From assembly GCF_964355755.1 (NCBI RefSeq), contig NC_092676.1, positions 3,697,888 to 3,761,887 on the forward strand: a DNA stretch of 64,000 nucleotides. The letters run 5' to 3'. The position numbers and the translations under genes were made by a program. The first letter of the stretch is position 1; the number at the start of each line of letters is the position of its first letter. Shown piece by piece: positions 49,659 to 61,011 of the stretch. This DNA comes from Antedon mediterranea (taxonomy: Eukaryota > Animalia > Echinodermata). A model generated the notes under the pieces. That model was not told where the DNA came from, did not search any database, and saw only the letters and a program-made list of their open reading frames with translations.

Positions 49659-50496
49659 TACTTATACATCAAAGTTTTAATCTCAGTTTGAAATTTATAT
49701 TGAAGTATAGCAGTAAAACGTATATAATATTCAAAACTTTTTTTTAAAAGTTCCTCGAAATTACACATTGATTTTACTATGATTAAGGTGAACAGTATGG
49801 GGAAGATGTTATGAGGTTTTAAGAGAAAACAGAATATGTAAATTATGTCATAGGAATGAGATAGAAGATGAATATTACTTTCTGTTAATTTGTCTAATCA
49901 GTTACGTTACGTTATTACCAGTTTTGTTTATAATTACCTTCTGAAAGTATAAGTTCATTAATTTAATGGCTTCCAGAAATATTACTTTAATTGGAAATAT
50001 GTCTAAAAAAAAGAAAGGAAAAATTAGATGCAAAATGAATTGTTTCTTTTTTTAAATAAAAAAAGAAATATTTCATCTAATTTTTGTAAATAATATTGTA
50101 CCTCGGGCTGCTGGCCTATGTGATGTGTAAATAAATGCCTTAGAGTCTAGGGAAGAAGAAGTAGAAGTATATCATGACAACATTGGAATTGTTTAAAATG
50201 TTTATCTATGGGTTTAAGACAGAATTTTATACACCAGCTACTGTATCTATACCATATGCCATATTGATATCGAAAATACAAGAAAAACAAAACTGTGTTA
50301 TGGTTGATCGAGTTTGATTAGCTACCAGTCAATGAGTAAAAACTACAGAGTTTCGAATGTAAATTGTAAAACTTTTGTTGTATGAGGAACTAGATAAATA
50401 CTGTAGATGCTATAGTGTATTCTGCACATTCTACTATCGCTGGCTTCAACTATTGATTATTTTCTTTCTATAAGATCAAACAACTTTGAAATCAAC

Positions 50497-52204
50497 ATGA
50501 CTGGAGATTGTAATGTTTTCTTCCTGGTTGTATTGACTTTATTGTCTTCATCTTCACTTGCTGATGTTGAGTTTGTTACTAGGCCACCATCAACATTGAC
50601 TGTCTATCCAGGTCAGAATGTTTCACTGCCTTGTGTTTTTAGGAATTTAATTCAGAATCAGCACAAAGTAGTATGGAGTTATTGGCAAAGTATGTTTAAG
50701 ATTATTTCAGTTGACAGAAATCTCTCATTAACAAGTATTAATAACATTGCTGAAAGTTACTCAATTCTAGGTGATGGAATGAATTTCACACTTTTTATCA
50801 AAATATCCAGAACAATAGATTTTGAATCATCTTCTAATATTAGAAATGATTTTAGATGTTCTGTGTTTGAACTAAGCCAAACTTTCCCTTTTAAAATAAC
50901 AAATCAGAATGTCCCTGTTGACAGAGCACCTTCAACTGTTATTATACAACCAACATTTAGTTATCCAGTGTGTGTACAGATCAACACCACTGTTGTCGTT
51001 GGAGAAACATTATCATTAAGATGTTACTCACCAGTAACAGATTATGATGTAAGAACAATTTTAACATTGAAAAAACAAGTTCTACCTACAATTTATTATA
51101 ATGGGTTAATTACTTACAACTTGACTGTAACAAAAGAGTACCATAATGCAGTGTTTGTATGTGAATCAAGAAGAAAAGAAACAAATGAAACAAGAAACTG
51201 CTCTGTTGGCCCACTCACTGTCAACTACAAACCAGAGATTAACATCACACAGATATCACCACTGGAATACATCTGTACAGCAGAGGCTAGACCACCAGTT
51301 AATGAAATTAACTGGAATGTGGAGCCAAAAATTGCTAGAAAACATTTCAATATTTCAAAAGATTCATTAACATTGACTAAAAAATTGAAAGCTGATGCTG
51401 TTATCAAATGTTGGGCAGAAAATACAGTTGGAAAAACCAACTAACTTTACTAGTCAGAATCAAGATACTCCAAATGAAAACAATGGTAACATGATAGTTA
51501 TTATCATTATGGCCAGTTTTGCATTTTTGATGGTTAATATTTTTGTTATTGTCCTCATGATTCTCTGTTTTTTCCGTCAAAAGCGATTCAAAAAAGAAAA
51601 GAAAAAGCAGAACAAAAATAGTTCTCAGCCAAATAAATTAAAAAATGAAAAACATGTTTACGATTACGCCACAGTCACTGAAATCGACTTAGAAGATTAT
51701 CAGGAAATGGAGAATGAATTGTATGTTGGCGGCGATCTTGTTATCAATACAGAAAGTAAAACACAAAATGAAAATCTAAACCAATTTGAAGGTCAGAGAC
51801 GGGTGATTGACAATGTACTATATGATGAGCCAACTACAAGTAGTAAAGAAGACGCGATGAATAGTGGAAGGAATGAAAAAGGAAACCAAGGAGGACATTT
51901 TTATTCCAAAGCAAATAACAAATATTATAAAGAACTAGAAGATTATCAGGAAACAGAGAATAAATTGTACATTGGTGGTGATATTGTTAGCAATAGTGAA
52001 AGAAGTAAAGACAATAGAGACCAATTTCAGGGTCAGAGACAGATTAACAATGTACTATATGGTGAGCCAACTACAAGTCGTAAAGAAGAGGCGATGAATA
52101 ATGGAAAACAAAGAGTAAATATTATTTATTCCAAAGTGAATAAACAAGATTATAAAGAATGTGAAAATGAAATATATCAAGGTTCTGATATATTGTCAAA
52201 GTAA
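50497..52204 (+). pseudogene. B-type receptor G10: a 20-nt deletion gives a stop at 51444 after Ig domain 3 (pseudogene or secreted form)
   Basis: Near-identical to G8 but lacks agaaaaatttatcatttatt; TM and tail are open in another frame (51395-52204). Confidence 0.85.
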
Positions 52205-54056
52205 AATATTAATTAGCATAAGAAGATATCATAAATATATCGTTGTATAATGATTTAGAATAATGTAAACTCTATTTACCTAAAAAACATTTTATACTTT
52301 GTATTTGTAAATGTTCTGTATACACTGCTTCTCCTTCGGGAGGTTTTTAGAAATAAATAAAATTACTGTACTAATATAAAAATAAATAAGAGACTAATAT
52401 CATTGCTTTTTTCATTAAATAAATATATAATTACATCGTGTGTAACATTATAAAATTGTCTCTTTTTATCTTTAGTTTTATTATCACTATTTGCATATTA
52501 TTTTTCAATTCAGCCTAAATATTGTTTAATGGAAATAACCTGAATATTATGCTATATATAATGTTTTCTCCTACACTCACTTCAGCATAGTGGGCCAAGC
52601 CAAATGAAAATTTAAGTTTGTGGTGGTACAGTATATATTATTGGTTTAAACTGAAAATTACTGTGGGCTTATTACCTCCAGGTTGGGCTTACACTTGGAT
52701 CTATATGGTACTTATTATAATAATATCTAATTTGTGCAACAAAATAATTGTGTAGAAAAAACATTTTTCAGTATTTGTTCTCAGTGTTAACAACTTTACA
52801 CCAAAATAATAAAATGTGAAGTGTCTTGATTACCGTAGACAGATTGTTACTTGTGGCAGTCATTACACTTGCTATTACCAGTTCTTGGAAAAAAACCTCA
52901 ATACAAATAAGAATAAATTATATTGTTTAACCAATAAAAAAAAGGTTTTCTTTTCAAGAAAACACAATTAAGTATATTTTTACAACAATAATTCAGTATT
53001 ATTTCATTTGTATTATTTTCCAGCATTTAACAGTTACTAGTCACTTCCTTTGAATGTTTATTTAAGCCACAAACAAGCACACTTCTATGCAATTAAAAAC
53101 AAACACTGTACTTAATACAGGAATTAGAATTTAATTAAACTAATAATATGTACTGAGAACAAATTAGTAAAACACTCTATTTTGTCATGTAATAATTTTT
53201 ATTGTGTTAACAATTTTTTTCTTGAAATATACTATATATCTTGTTAATCATCAAAGATAGATTTTAAGTCATTTTTGCTTGTATTTGTCTTTAAAAACAG
53301 GTTTGATTGCTAGTATCAAGTTCCATATGCTTAATAGAATGCTGTTTTTTGTAAACAATTTGATGTCCATAATGGAGATATAAAAACAAATGTTGAATAT
53401 AAGAAATGGGAGAAATTATTTCCCTTATTTAAGCAGTGTATATTGCAAGAAATATATATTACATTTTGTGGTGTGGAAATTGACAAATAATAATAATAAA
53501 AACTTATTTATACTCTTCATATTATTATTTTCATTTAAACTTCATTCAATAAATTAAATTTAATTTATTTAACTTTAATAAAATTTAATTAATTTAACTT
53601 TAATAAAAGGATTAAATGTTTCAATCCTTATTTGGTCCACATTTTCATAATTATCAGGAAATACATATTATTCTATGAACCGACCACAGGTACAGATATC
53701 AAATTGCATGGTTGAATGGGTCTAGCTCTCAGCCAATCAGAGTAAAGTTGTATTTTTTTTAACAATATAAGGAAGTGTATATTCAAAAATCATAAAGGTG
53801 CACTCTGGTATGTTATTGTAACACTATTATACAGAATACAGTAAATACCACAACAGGAATAACGTCAGTTTCACATTCTGAGAAAGTTTCAGCTTGAAAT
53901 TATTATTAAGTATCTAGTACAGTAGCCTTGAGAAACTTCTTGAAAGTTTTGGAAGAACAACTCCAACAGTATTTTGATTCAGATACAGTTTATCAAGTTT
54001 TTTTTTTTTAAGGCTTCAAAATCTGATTTACAAGTTTTAATTTTCAACAACAAGTG

Positions 54057-55553
54057 ATGTATAAATACAGTGTTTGCTTCCTGGTGTTGTGGATTTCATT
54101 GGTTTCAAAGATATTTTGTAATGTTGAATTTGTTACTAGGCCACCATCAACAGTGACTGTCTATCCAGGTCAGAGTGTTACACTGCCTTGTGTTTTTGAT
54201 GACAAATTAATTCTAGATCACCACAAAGTAGAATGGACTTATTCTCAAACTGACTTTGAGGCTCCAGATATTATTTCAAATGACAACAATATTTTGTTAA
54301 CAAGTATTGACAACATTGCTGAAAGTTACTTAATTGTAGGTGATGAAAAGAATTTCACACTTTTTATCAAAATACCAAGATTAATAGATTTTAAATCATC
54401 TTCTAGTATTAGCACTTATTATAGATGTTCTGTGCTTGAACCAAGCAAAGATGTCCCTGTTGAAACAGCAACTTCAACTGTTATTATACAATCAATATTT
54501 AGAGATCCAGTTTGTTTAAAAATTAAAAAAACTGTTGTCATTGGAGAAACATTATCATTAGGATGTTACTCACCAGAGACATATTATGACGTTAAAACAA
54601 TTTTAAAAGTGAACAAACAAGTTTTACATACTAATTATTATGTTGAGACCACCAATGTTTACAACTTGACTGTCACAAAGGAATGTCATGATGCAGTGTT
54701 TGTATGTGAATCAAGAAGAAAAAAAACAAATGAAATCAGAAATTGCTCTGTTGGCCCACTCACTGTCAACTATAAACCAGAGATTTACATCACACAAATA
54801 TCACCAATGGAATACATCTGTACTGCAGAGGCTAGACCACCTGTTAATCAAACAGTCTGGATTATAGAGCCCAACCTTCCCCAGGAAAATTATGAGATAT
54901 CTAATAATACATTAATATTGACTGAAAAGTTAAAGGCTGATTCAGTTATAAAATGCTGGGCAGAAAATTCAGTTGGACCAACAACAAAAAGTTTCAACTT
55001 TGATCAAATAAATGATAAAAATGAAGAAACGGGCAAAAAAAATTATATTTTCCTTATTATTGTTGCAGTCAGTGTTGGAATTGTTGTTGTAATAAGTATA
55101 CTATTGATGATCTATTTTTTAAGAAAAAAAACATTGCATCGAGAAAATAAAACAACAAAACAAGGCGCGTCACAAAATAAAATAAAAAGCAAAGGTAAAG
55201 AAGAACTTGTTTACGACTACGCTACAATAGACGTTACAGATCAGGAAACCGAGAACAGTAATATAAGCAGTAATAAAAGAAACAATGGGCCATCTAAAGA
55301 ACTTAACGATAAGAAAAAGAAACAACACACCTATTCTGAAGTGGATGAGGTGGAAAGTGATAACATACCTGTTTATTCTGAACTAAACAAACCAGATTAT
55401 AAGGAATGTGAAAATGAGATATATGAGGGTCCGACCGGAGTGGCTGATTCTAAAGAGGAAGGAGTACAAGATAATGTAGATGTTTACTCCAAAGTGAACA
55501 AACCAGATTACAAAGAGTGTGAAAATGAGATATATCAAGGTCCTGAAATGTAA
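54057..55553 (+). CDS. Intact IgSF receptor G11 (A-type leader and V domain, B-like domain 3 and tail)
   Basis: MYKYSVCF leader; KLKADSVIKCWAEN; tail YDYA, TYSEV, VYSEL, VYSKV and YKECENEIY twice. Confidence 0.92.
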   Translation: MYKYSVCFLVLWISLVSKIFCNVEFVTRPPSTVTVYPGQSVTLPCVFDDKLILDHHKVEWTYSQTDFEAPDIISNDNNILLTSIDNIAESYLIVGDEKNFTLFIKIPRLIDFKSSSSISTYYRCSVLEPSKDVPVETATSTVIIQSIFRDPVCLKIKKTVVIGETLSLGCYSPETYYDVKTILKVNKQVLHTNYYVETTNVYNLTVTKECHDAVFVCESRRKKTNEIRNCSVGPLTVNYKPEIYITQISPMEYICTAEARPPVNQTVWIIEPNLPQENYEISNNTLILTEKLKADSVIKCWAENSVGPTTKSFNFDQINDKNEETGKKNYIFLIIVAVSVGIVVVISILLMIYFLRKKTLHRENKTTKQGASQNKIKSKGKEELVYDYATIDVTDQETENSNISSNKRNNGPSKELNDKKKKQHTYSEVDEVESDNIPVYSELNKPDYKECENEIYEGPTGVADSKEEGVQDNVDVYSKVNKPDYKECENEIYQGPEM

Positions 55554-56790
55554 AAACAGAAACTAATGTAATGAAAACTTTTTTAGTTACTTTCATATTA
55601 ATAGTTTGTTGTTTTTACATTTATTAAATATTATAATTATTTTAAATGAATGTATTGAGGCTGTAAGTGTATATAAAATTTAAAATAACCCACATTATTA
55701 ATTTAATTAATTCATACTTTTAAACATGCATAATTCATTATTATATTATTTTTATCATTGCAAATATGCATTTATTTTTTATCTATAAAAGTTTGATTGT
55801 CATAAACCATTTGTTAAACCAAATATTTAGTAAAAACCGTTAAAAATGTATATTTCCAAATATAATCTAAATGTGCATTAAGTTCAATATTTGATAAAAT
55901 GATATTTGTAATTTTGAGAGATTTAAAGATATGTAAGTATGTGCTTATGTCTTTTTTTCTGTTAAAGGATTGTCATGAGACAAGTCTTCTATTTCTAATT
56001 TTGATCCCTGAAACAGTTCATATTGTTATAATTTAAATTGATTTGTAAATTGCTTTATATTGACTGTTAAAATAAATGTAAATAAGATAATCAAAATAAT
56101 TCAAATATTAGTATTATTAGTAGTATTATATGGCATTTTCACAATTTATGATATCACTTTTTTTGTATTCTTATAACTATTTTCATGTTTTTATTTTAAA
56201 AATATTTATTCAGTAATGGTACAATTTTGTCAATATTGTTACTGTTTTTGTAGCCGTCTTCTTATGAAGACACATGGCCGTCATTGACAGATACTAGTAT
56301 CAGGTGACTTCACTGCTGGTGTACTCCAGATCTACGTTTATACCATGCTATACACTTTAATTTAAAATTTTGATTTTATATTATACTAGTTTAAAAGGGA
56401 AGCAGTTTACAGATATAATTTGCTTGATTGTTTAGGGTGTGTCAATATCTAGATTGGGTTGAGTTTGAAGTGAGCAATTAAACAAACTCACAAAACCCAC
56501 AAAAAACAATGTTCGGTTAATGTTGGCATTTCTCCAAAATGCATTTTACATTCAAATTATTATATAATGTTGGTATATGCTTCTATGCTTAAAATAAAAA
56601 CAAACCACTTCCTTTCCTGACGAATTCAAAGAATAACAAAATAAAAACATGTAGTTTATTGCTTCATAAACCATAATAGGATATTTAAAATATAATAATC
56701 TTGAACATATTCTTGAAATGTAAGGTTTGCGGTATTGCAAGTAATACCTTATATGGAAGTAAAGTTGAGAATCTCATTTTTTTTGTACTA

Positions 56791-56979
56791 CAGTCAACTC
56801 TCCCAATACCGGATATCTTTGAGCTGGACTAATATGTCTGGTTTTCCAGAAATTATGGAGTGCTGAATGCATTTAAAAGTGCAAAAAACAAAGATTTGAC
56901 ACTTTTTGGCCCTCTAAAAACTCGTATCTTTGAAAACTTTTCTGGTTTTCAGAGAATCCGGTACTGGGAGAGTCGACCG
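56791..56979. mobile_element. Tc1/mariner (pogo/Tigger-like) MITE
   Basis: TA|CAGTCAACTCTCCCAATACCGGAT ... ATCCGGTACTGGGAGAGTCGACCG|TA. Confidence 0.75.
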
Positions 56980-57646
56980 TACGTCTTTCGGCTTAAGAAT
57001 GTATAATTACTTATATAGTACTTAATTATTTTATCATTACTACAGAACGAACAGTTGTATAAGTGCAACAACCGAAATGCAAAGGCATTTTGGTGAACAG
57101 AAAACCTTACTTTATATTTGTGAATATTGTTTGAAAAATAATTTGTACAGCTTTTCGAATATTACCTTTATCATTATAAAAAAAAAGAAAACGAAATAAA
57201 AAGCTTTTTGCAATTTTCAATGAATCTGTTTTGATTACTGATTTGAGGCAAATGTCTTCTAATACTACTGTATAAAAACATTTTTTTTTCCATTTTGACT
57301 GACAGACAGACTGACTAGAATCCTTGCCTGCCAGAAGTACTGTATAGAAGTATCATAATTCAGTCATGGTAATATCAAGGACCATTATTTTGAGAATACT
57401 CAACACTGAACAAGACTTTTTATTTCTTTGACTAAACTATTTTGACAAAAGTCATTATATACAATATAAATGTATATATATTTATTATTAGAGACAGAGC
57501 ATATGTGGATACAATAAGCCTTCTACTGTACTCCTATTAATCAAAATACCAAATACTGTATGGCCAATCTGTGTAAAAAAAGAGGAAAAAGGAAAAAAAA
57601 ATCTAAACAATCTAGCACCTACAGGTACCATACAATTTAAACTGTA

Positions 57647-57794
57647 AGCTCTGACTACACTATCAAACTGTGACAAAAAAATATGATGTGATGGACATGA
57701 TGTCATATCACTACCATATTTGGGCATCACCACCGTACGGTATTGGCACATCATACTTTTTTTGTCAAACTAGTTTGATAGTGTAGACAGAGCT
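57647..57794. mobile_element. PIF/Harbinger-like MITE
   Basis: TIRs AGCTCTGACTACACTATCAAACT / AGTTTGATAGTGTAGACAGAGCT, followed by TTA. Confidence 0.65.
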
Positions 57795-57993
57795 TTAGTG
57801 TTGGAATTTGTAATTTTTATATAACCTCCTTGAACATAATATATTATCAACTGAAAAAAGCAGAACCTAATAGTAGTACCCTAATAAACAATCATTGTTT
57901 AAATACAGTAGAACCTGTGTTTTACGTTCTCAACAAGAAACCAAAAAAAAAAAACATACATTTTCAGTAATGGTCTAGCTATAAGATACTCAC

Positions 57994-60293
57994 CCTGTAA
58001 TGTAGATGTCACAGGTCCGAATCTATACATTTCTTCAGGCAACTGGATCTAAAATTCTGTTATATGAATAATAACATACAGTGCTTTGCAGAGATGCAAA
58101 TTGTGCAAATAAATATTCAGTACTAACCTTTCGTAGTCTTCCTTTATTCCACATCTTCACAAATTTCTTGAAATAATACCGAGACTTGGAGGAACTCAAC
58201 TCATCAAAATAAATTCTTTTCTGAAAATATAAAGAAAACATGACTTGTAATCAACTCTTTAAGAATAAGGCGCACTTGGGCCGGTTTACAATGTCCACTT
58301 TTCAGGACAATCCACTTTTTCTGGGCAGTTCACTTTTCTGGACAGTTCACTTTTTTTTACAATTTATTTTTTTGGACAGTTCACTTTTCTGGACAATTTA
58401 TTTTTTTTGACAGACCACTTTTCAGGACAATCCACTTTTCTGGACAGTTCAATTTTCTCTACAGTCCTATTTTCTGGACAGTTCACTTTTCAGAATAGTC
58501 GGAATGAAAATTTCAGCTATTTACTCTTAATAATTTAAAAAAAATGTATTCATAATTTCATTCATTTTATTTACATTTTGGTGATGAGAAAAAACCAATG
58601 AGAGATATAAGCTGTTAATCATTTTCCTGTCTTCTGGGAGTCTAGTTTTGAGGTAACTATAATGGGTAAATTGGCTTATTTTACTGTACTACCAGCAAAA
58701 TTAATAATTATGATAAAACTTGTTATACAATAAAATACCTCCTCTTTTAGCCAGATTCGAAATTCAGTACTCTTCAAATAATAGTCATCTTTAGATATTT
58801 TATCTGAAAAACAACAATAAAATTATTATTATCATTATCATTTATTCAGGAAAATAAGGTACATTTACTTTTTCTTCTAAACTTTTATTATAAACACTAA
58901 AATGTAATATTAATGGCATTAATGTCATTGTACAACATTAAAAAAATATATATATCTTTCAAATTACTAATGTACTCACTTGATTTTTTCAATTTTTCCT
59001 TCTTTTCAACCTTCTTTTTTTCTTGTTTTATTCTTTTCTTCATTGTTGAATCCAGCCGTTGTTTTTTCATTGGAGTTATACCAGAATCGGAAGCTTGAAT
59101 AAAAATAAGATAATATAATTAAACTTACCAGACCTTTCTGTATTCTGTATCTATACAGCGTACTATATGGGGGATCTTACAGGGTACAACATGAACCCTT
59201 TATGAACTGTTTGCTTACCCTTTCTATTTTGAATATTTTTTTAGTACTGCACTGCAGTGACTACATTGTTTTCCTGCATTTCAATAAATGAATAAAATTA
59301 ACTGGAGAATAAAATAAGTTTTTACATGGTCTCTAACGGTGACGGATTGTTCTGTCTGTCGCTTGTCAATGGTCAAATCGCCTTTTTAAGTCAGTTGTAC
59401 TGCTCTAGTGCAGTTTTTAGAACTACCCTCATATCATGAAACAAAGTTAAATAAATAAATTGCATTGGGTGTAGCAGTGGAAACCGAGCTTTAGTCTGCC
59501 ATAGGCTGCTATGTTGTGTGTAGTGGTTACACTTCAAATATAGATTAAAGACCATTTTAGATATATTAAGTTAAAAAATTAACAAAGGAGCACTATACTC
59601 CAATGATGATTACATTTCTAACAAATACTTTTTACCAGAACTCTGATTATTCAATTATTATTTTTATTTTGTTACCCGATTCAGAATCCGATGATTCCTC
59701 GTCACCACTACTGCTTGTTTCTTCAGCTTCTTCATATTTTCTGAAAAAAATATTGAAATTTAAAGCACACACATCAGAGGAAGGATAGAATAGACTGGCT
59801 GGGCCTGGCTGAGTGAGATCAACACCAACAACCTGCGGATTCCCAACCTGCATGCCAAGATATTCCACAATGTAATGACAATGAAAAAGACATCGTCATA
59901 TAGCCTAGCTAGACATAGGGTAGGCTACACAGTTAGTGAAAGTTATAAGGACAAAATTCAAGTATCCTACTACTTATTCTAGGGCTCCTCGCCTTCTAGA
60001 CCTGGCTAAGCTTATTATTATTATACTTATTAATATTATATAGGCTAGGCCTAGAGTAGTAGTAATAGGTTATACCGGGCTCTACCGGGTAATACAGGGG
60101 TCTACCGGGCGAAGAATAGCACGACCCAATCAATACTCAATAGGCTAGGAGGCCTAGCAAGACGCGACTGGGGACGCAATGATTGATTAATTTTTAGCCT
60201 TCCAGTCTAAAAAGGACCAGTTTTAGCCTAATAATACTACAGTTTTAAACATGTTTTATTAGGCTTTATTACTTACTTATCTCTTTTCCCCAT
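57994..60293 (-). CDS. Spliced gene, style cell-cycle inhibitor 1 (SCI1)-like small nuclear protein; last exon not located
   Basis: Phase-consistent GT-AG exons 60293-60277, 59740-59676, 59093-58980, 58803-58739, 58220-58128, 58048-57994; encode ..ISKDDYYLKSTEFRIWLKEEKRIYFDELSSSKSRYYFKKFVKMWNKGRL. Family assignment is from memory of the motif. Confidence 0.75.
58290..58495. repeat. Degenerate ~17-bp intronic minisatellite (tcacttttctggacag)
   Basis: About 11 visible units. Confidence 0.75.
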
Positions 60294-61011
60294 ATTTTAA
60301 CCTTATTAAGTCTAAACACAAACAATTCAAAAATGTTTGTTTCGCGCTATCTCTAGCCTGCATGACGAAAAATGTATATTTATAAAGTGCGCCCTCGTGG
60401 GGTCTGATAATGAGAGGTAGTTTTGGTTTGTTTACAATATTTTTAAATAAGAAGTGAGTTACAAATGTTCATAAATAAGTATTGTTTTAGTTTATTTAAT
60501 CGCTGCTCGAGGGGAGGACTAAACTTAATCTACAGGGATTACAGGGAAAGATCAGGCACTAATTTACAACTCCCTACATACCATAGGCATAGCATCTAAT
60601 AAATAAGCTTGGCATGCTAGCCACCACTACCTCCTAATTCACTGTGGGCGGCGGAGTATGAGAGCCAGAAGGAATGTCTGTAAATAAAAAGGTCGTTTCG
60701 TTCTATAAGTGAATCAAACCTAGGCCTAGGCCTAGTTCGATTTATTTATTTCTTTCTTTAGTTCCATTCATCATACACATAATAAACATAGGTAATCATA
60801 GTACAAACTATAAATATTATTTTAATTATTTTTTAAAACGCTAACTTTTGACTGCAGTCTACTCTGTGCTTAAACTGTATATCAAATATAATAATTAATT
60901 TAGACTAATCAATTTTTTATTAAATAGTAGATTTACAAAAGCCCCACTAGATAAAAGCCACACCCTCTAGCTAGTAGTAACACCACATTTTTCTCTGTAG
61001 TTTTTGCCATC

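Noticed and set aside
744-55553. V(D)J-type somatic rearrangement locus
   Set aside because: Each V is already fused to its leader and constant part; I saw no CACAGTG/ACAAAAACC signal pairs or separate J segments.
1-55553. Viral (poxvirus-like) origin of intronless AT-rich Ig genes
   Set aside because: Long intergenic spacers with SINEs/LINEs, flanking spliced host genes and no viral core genes.
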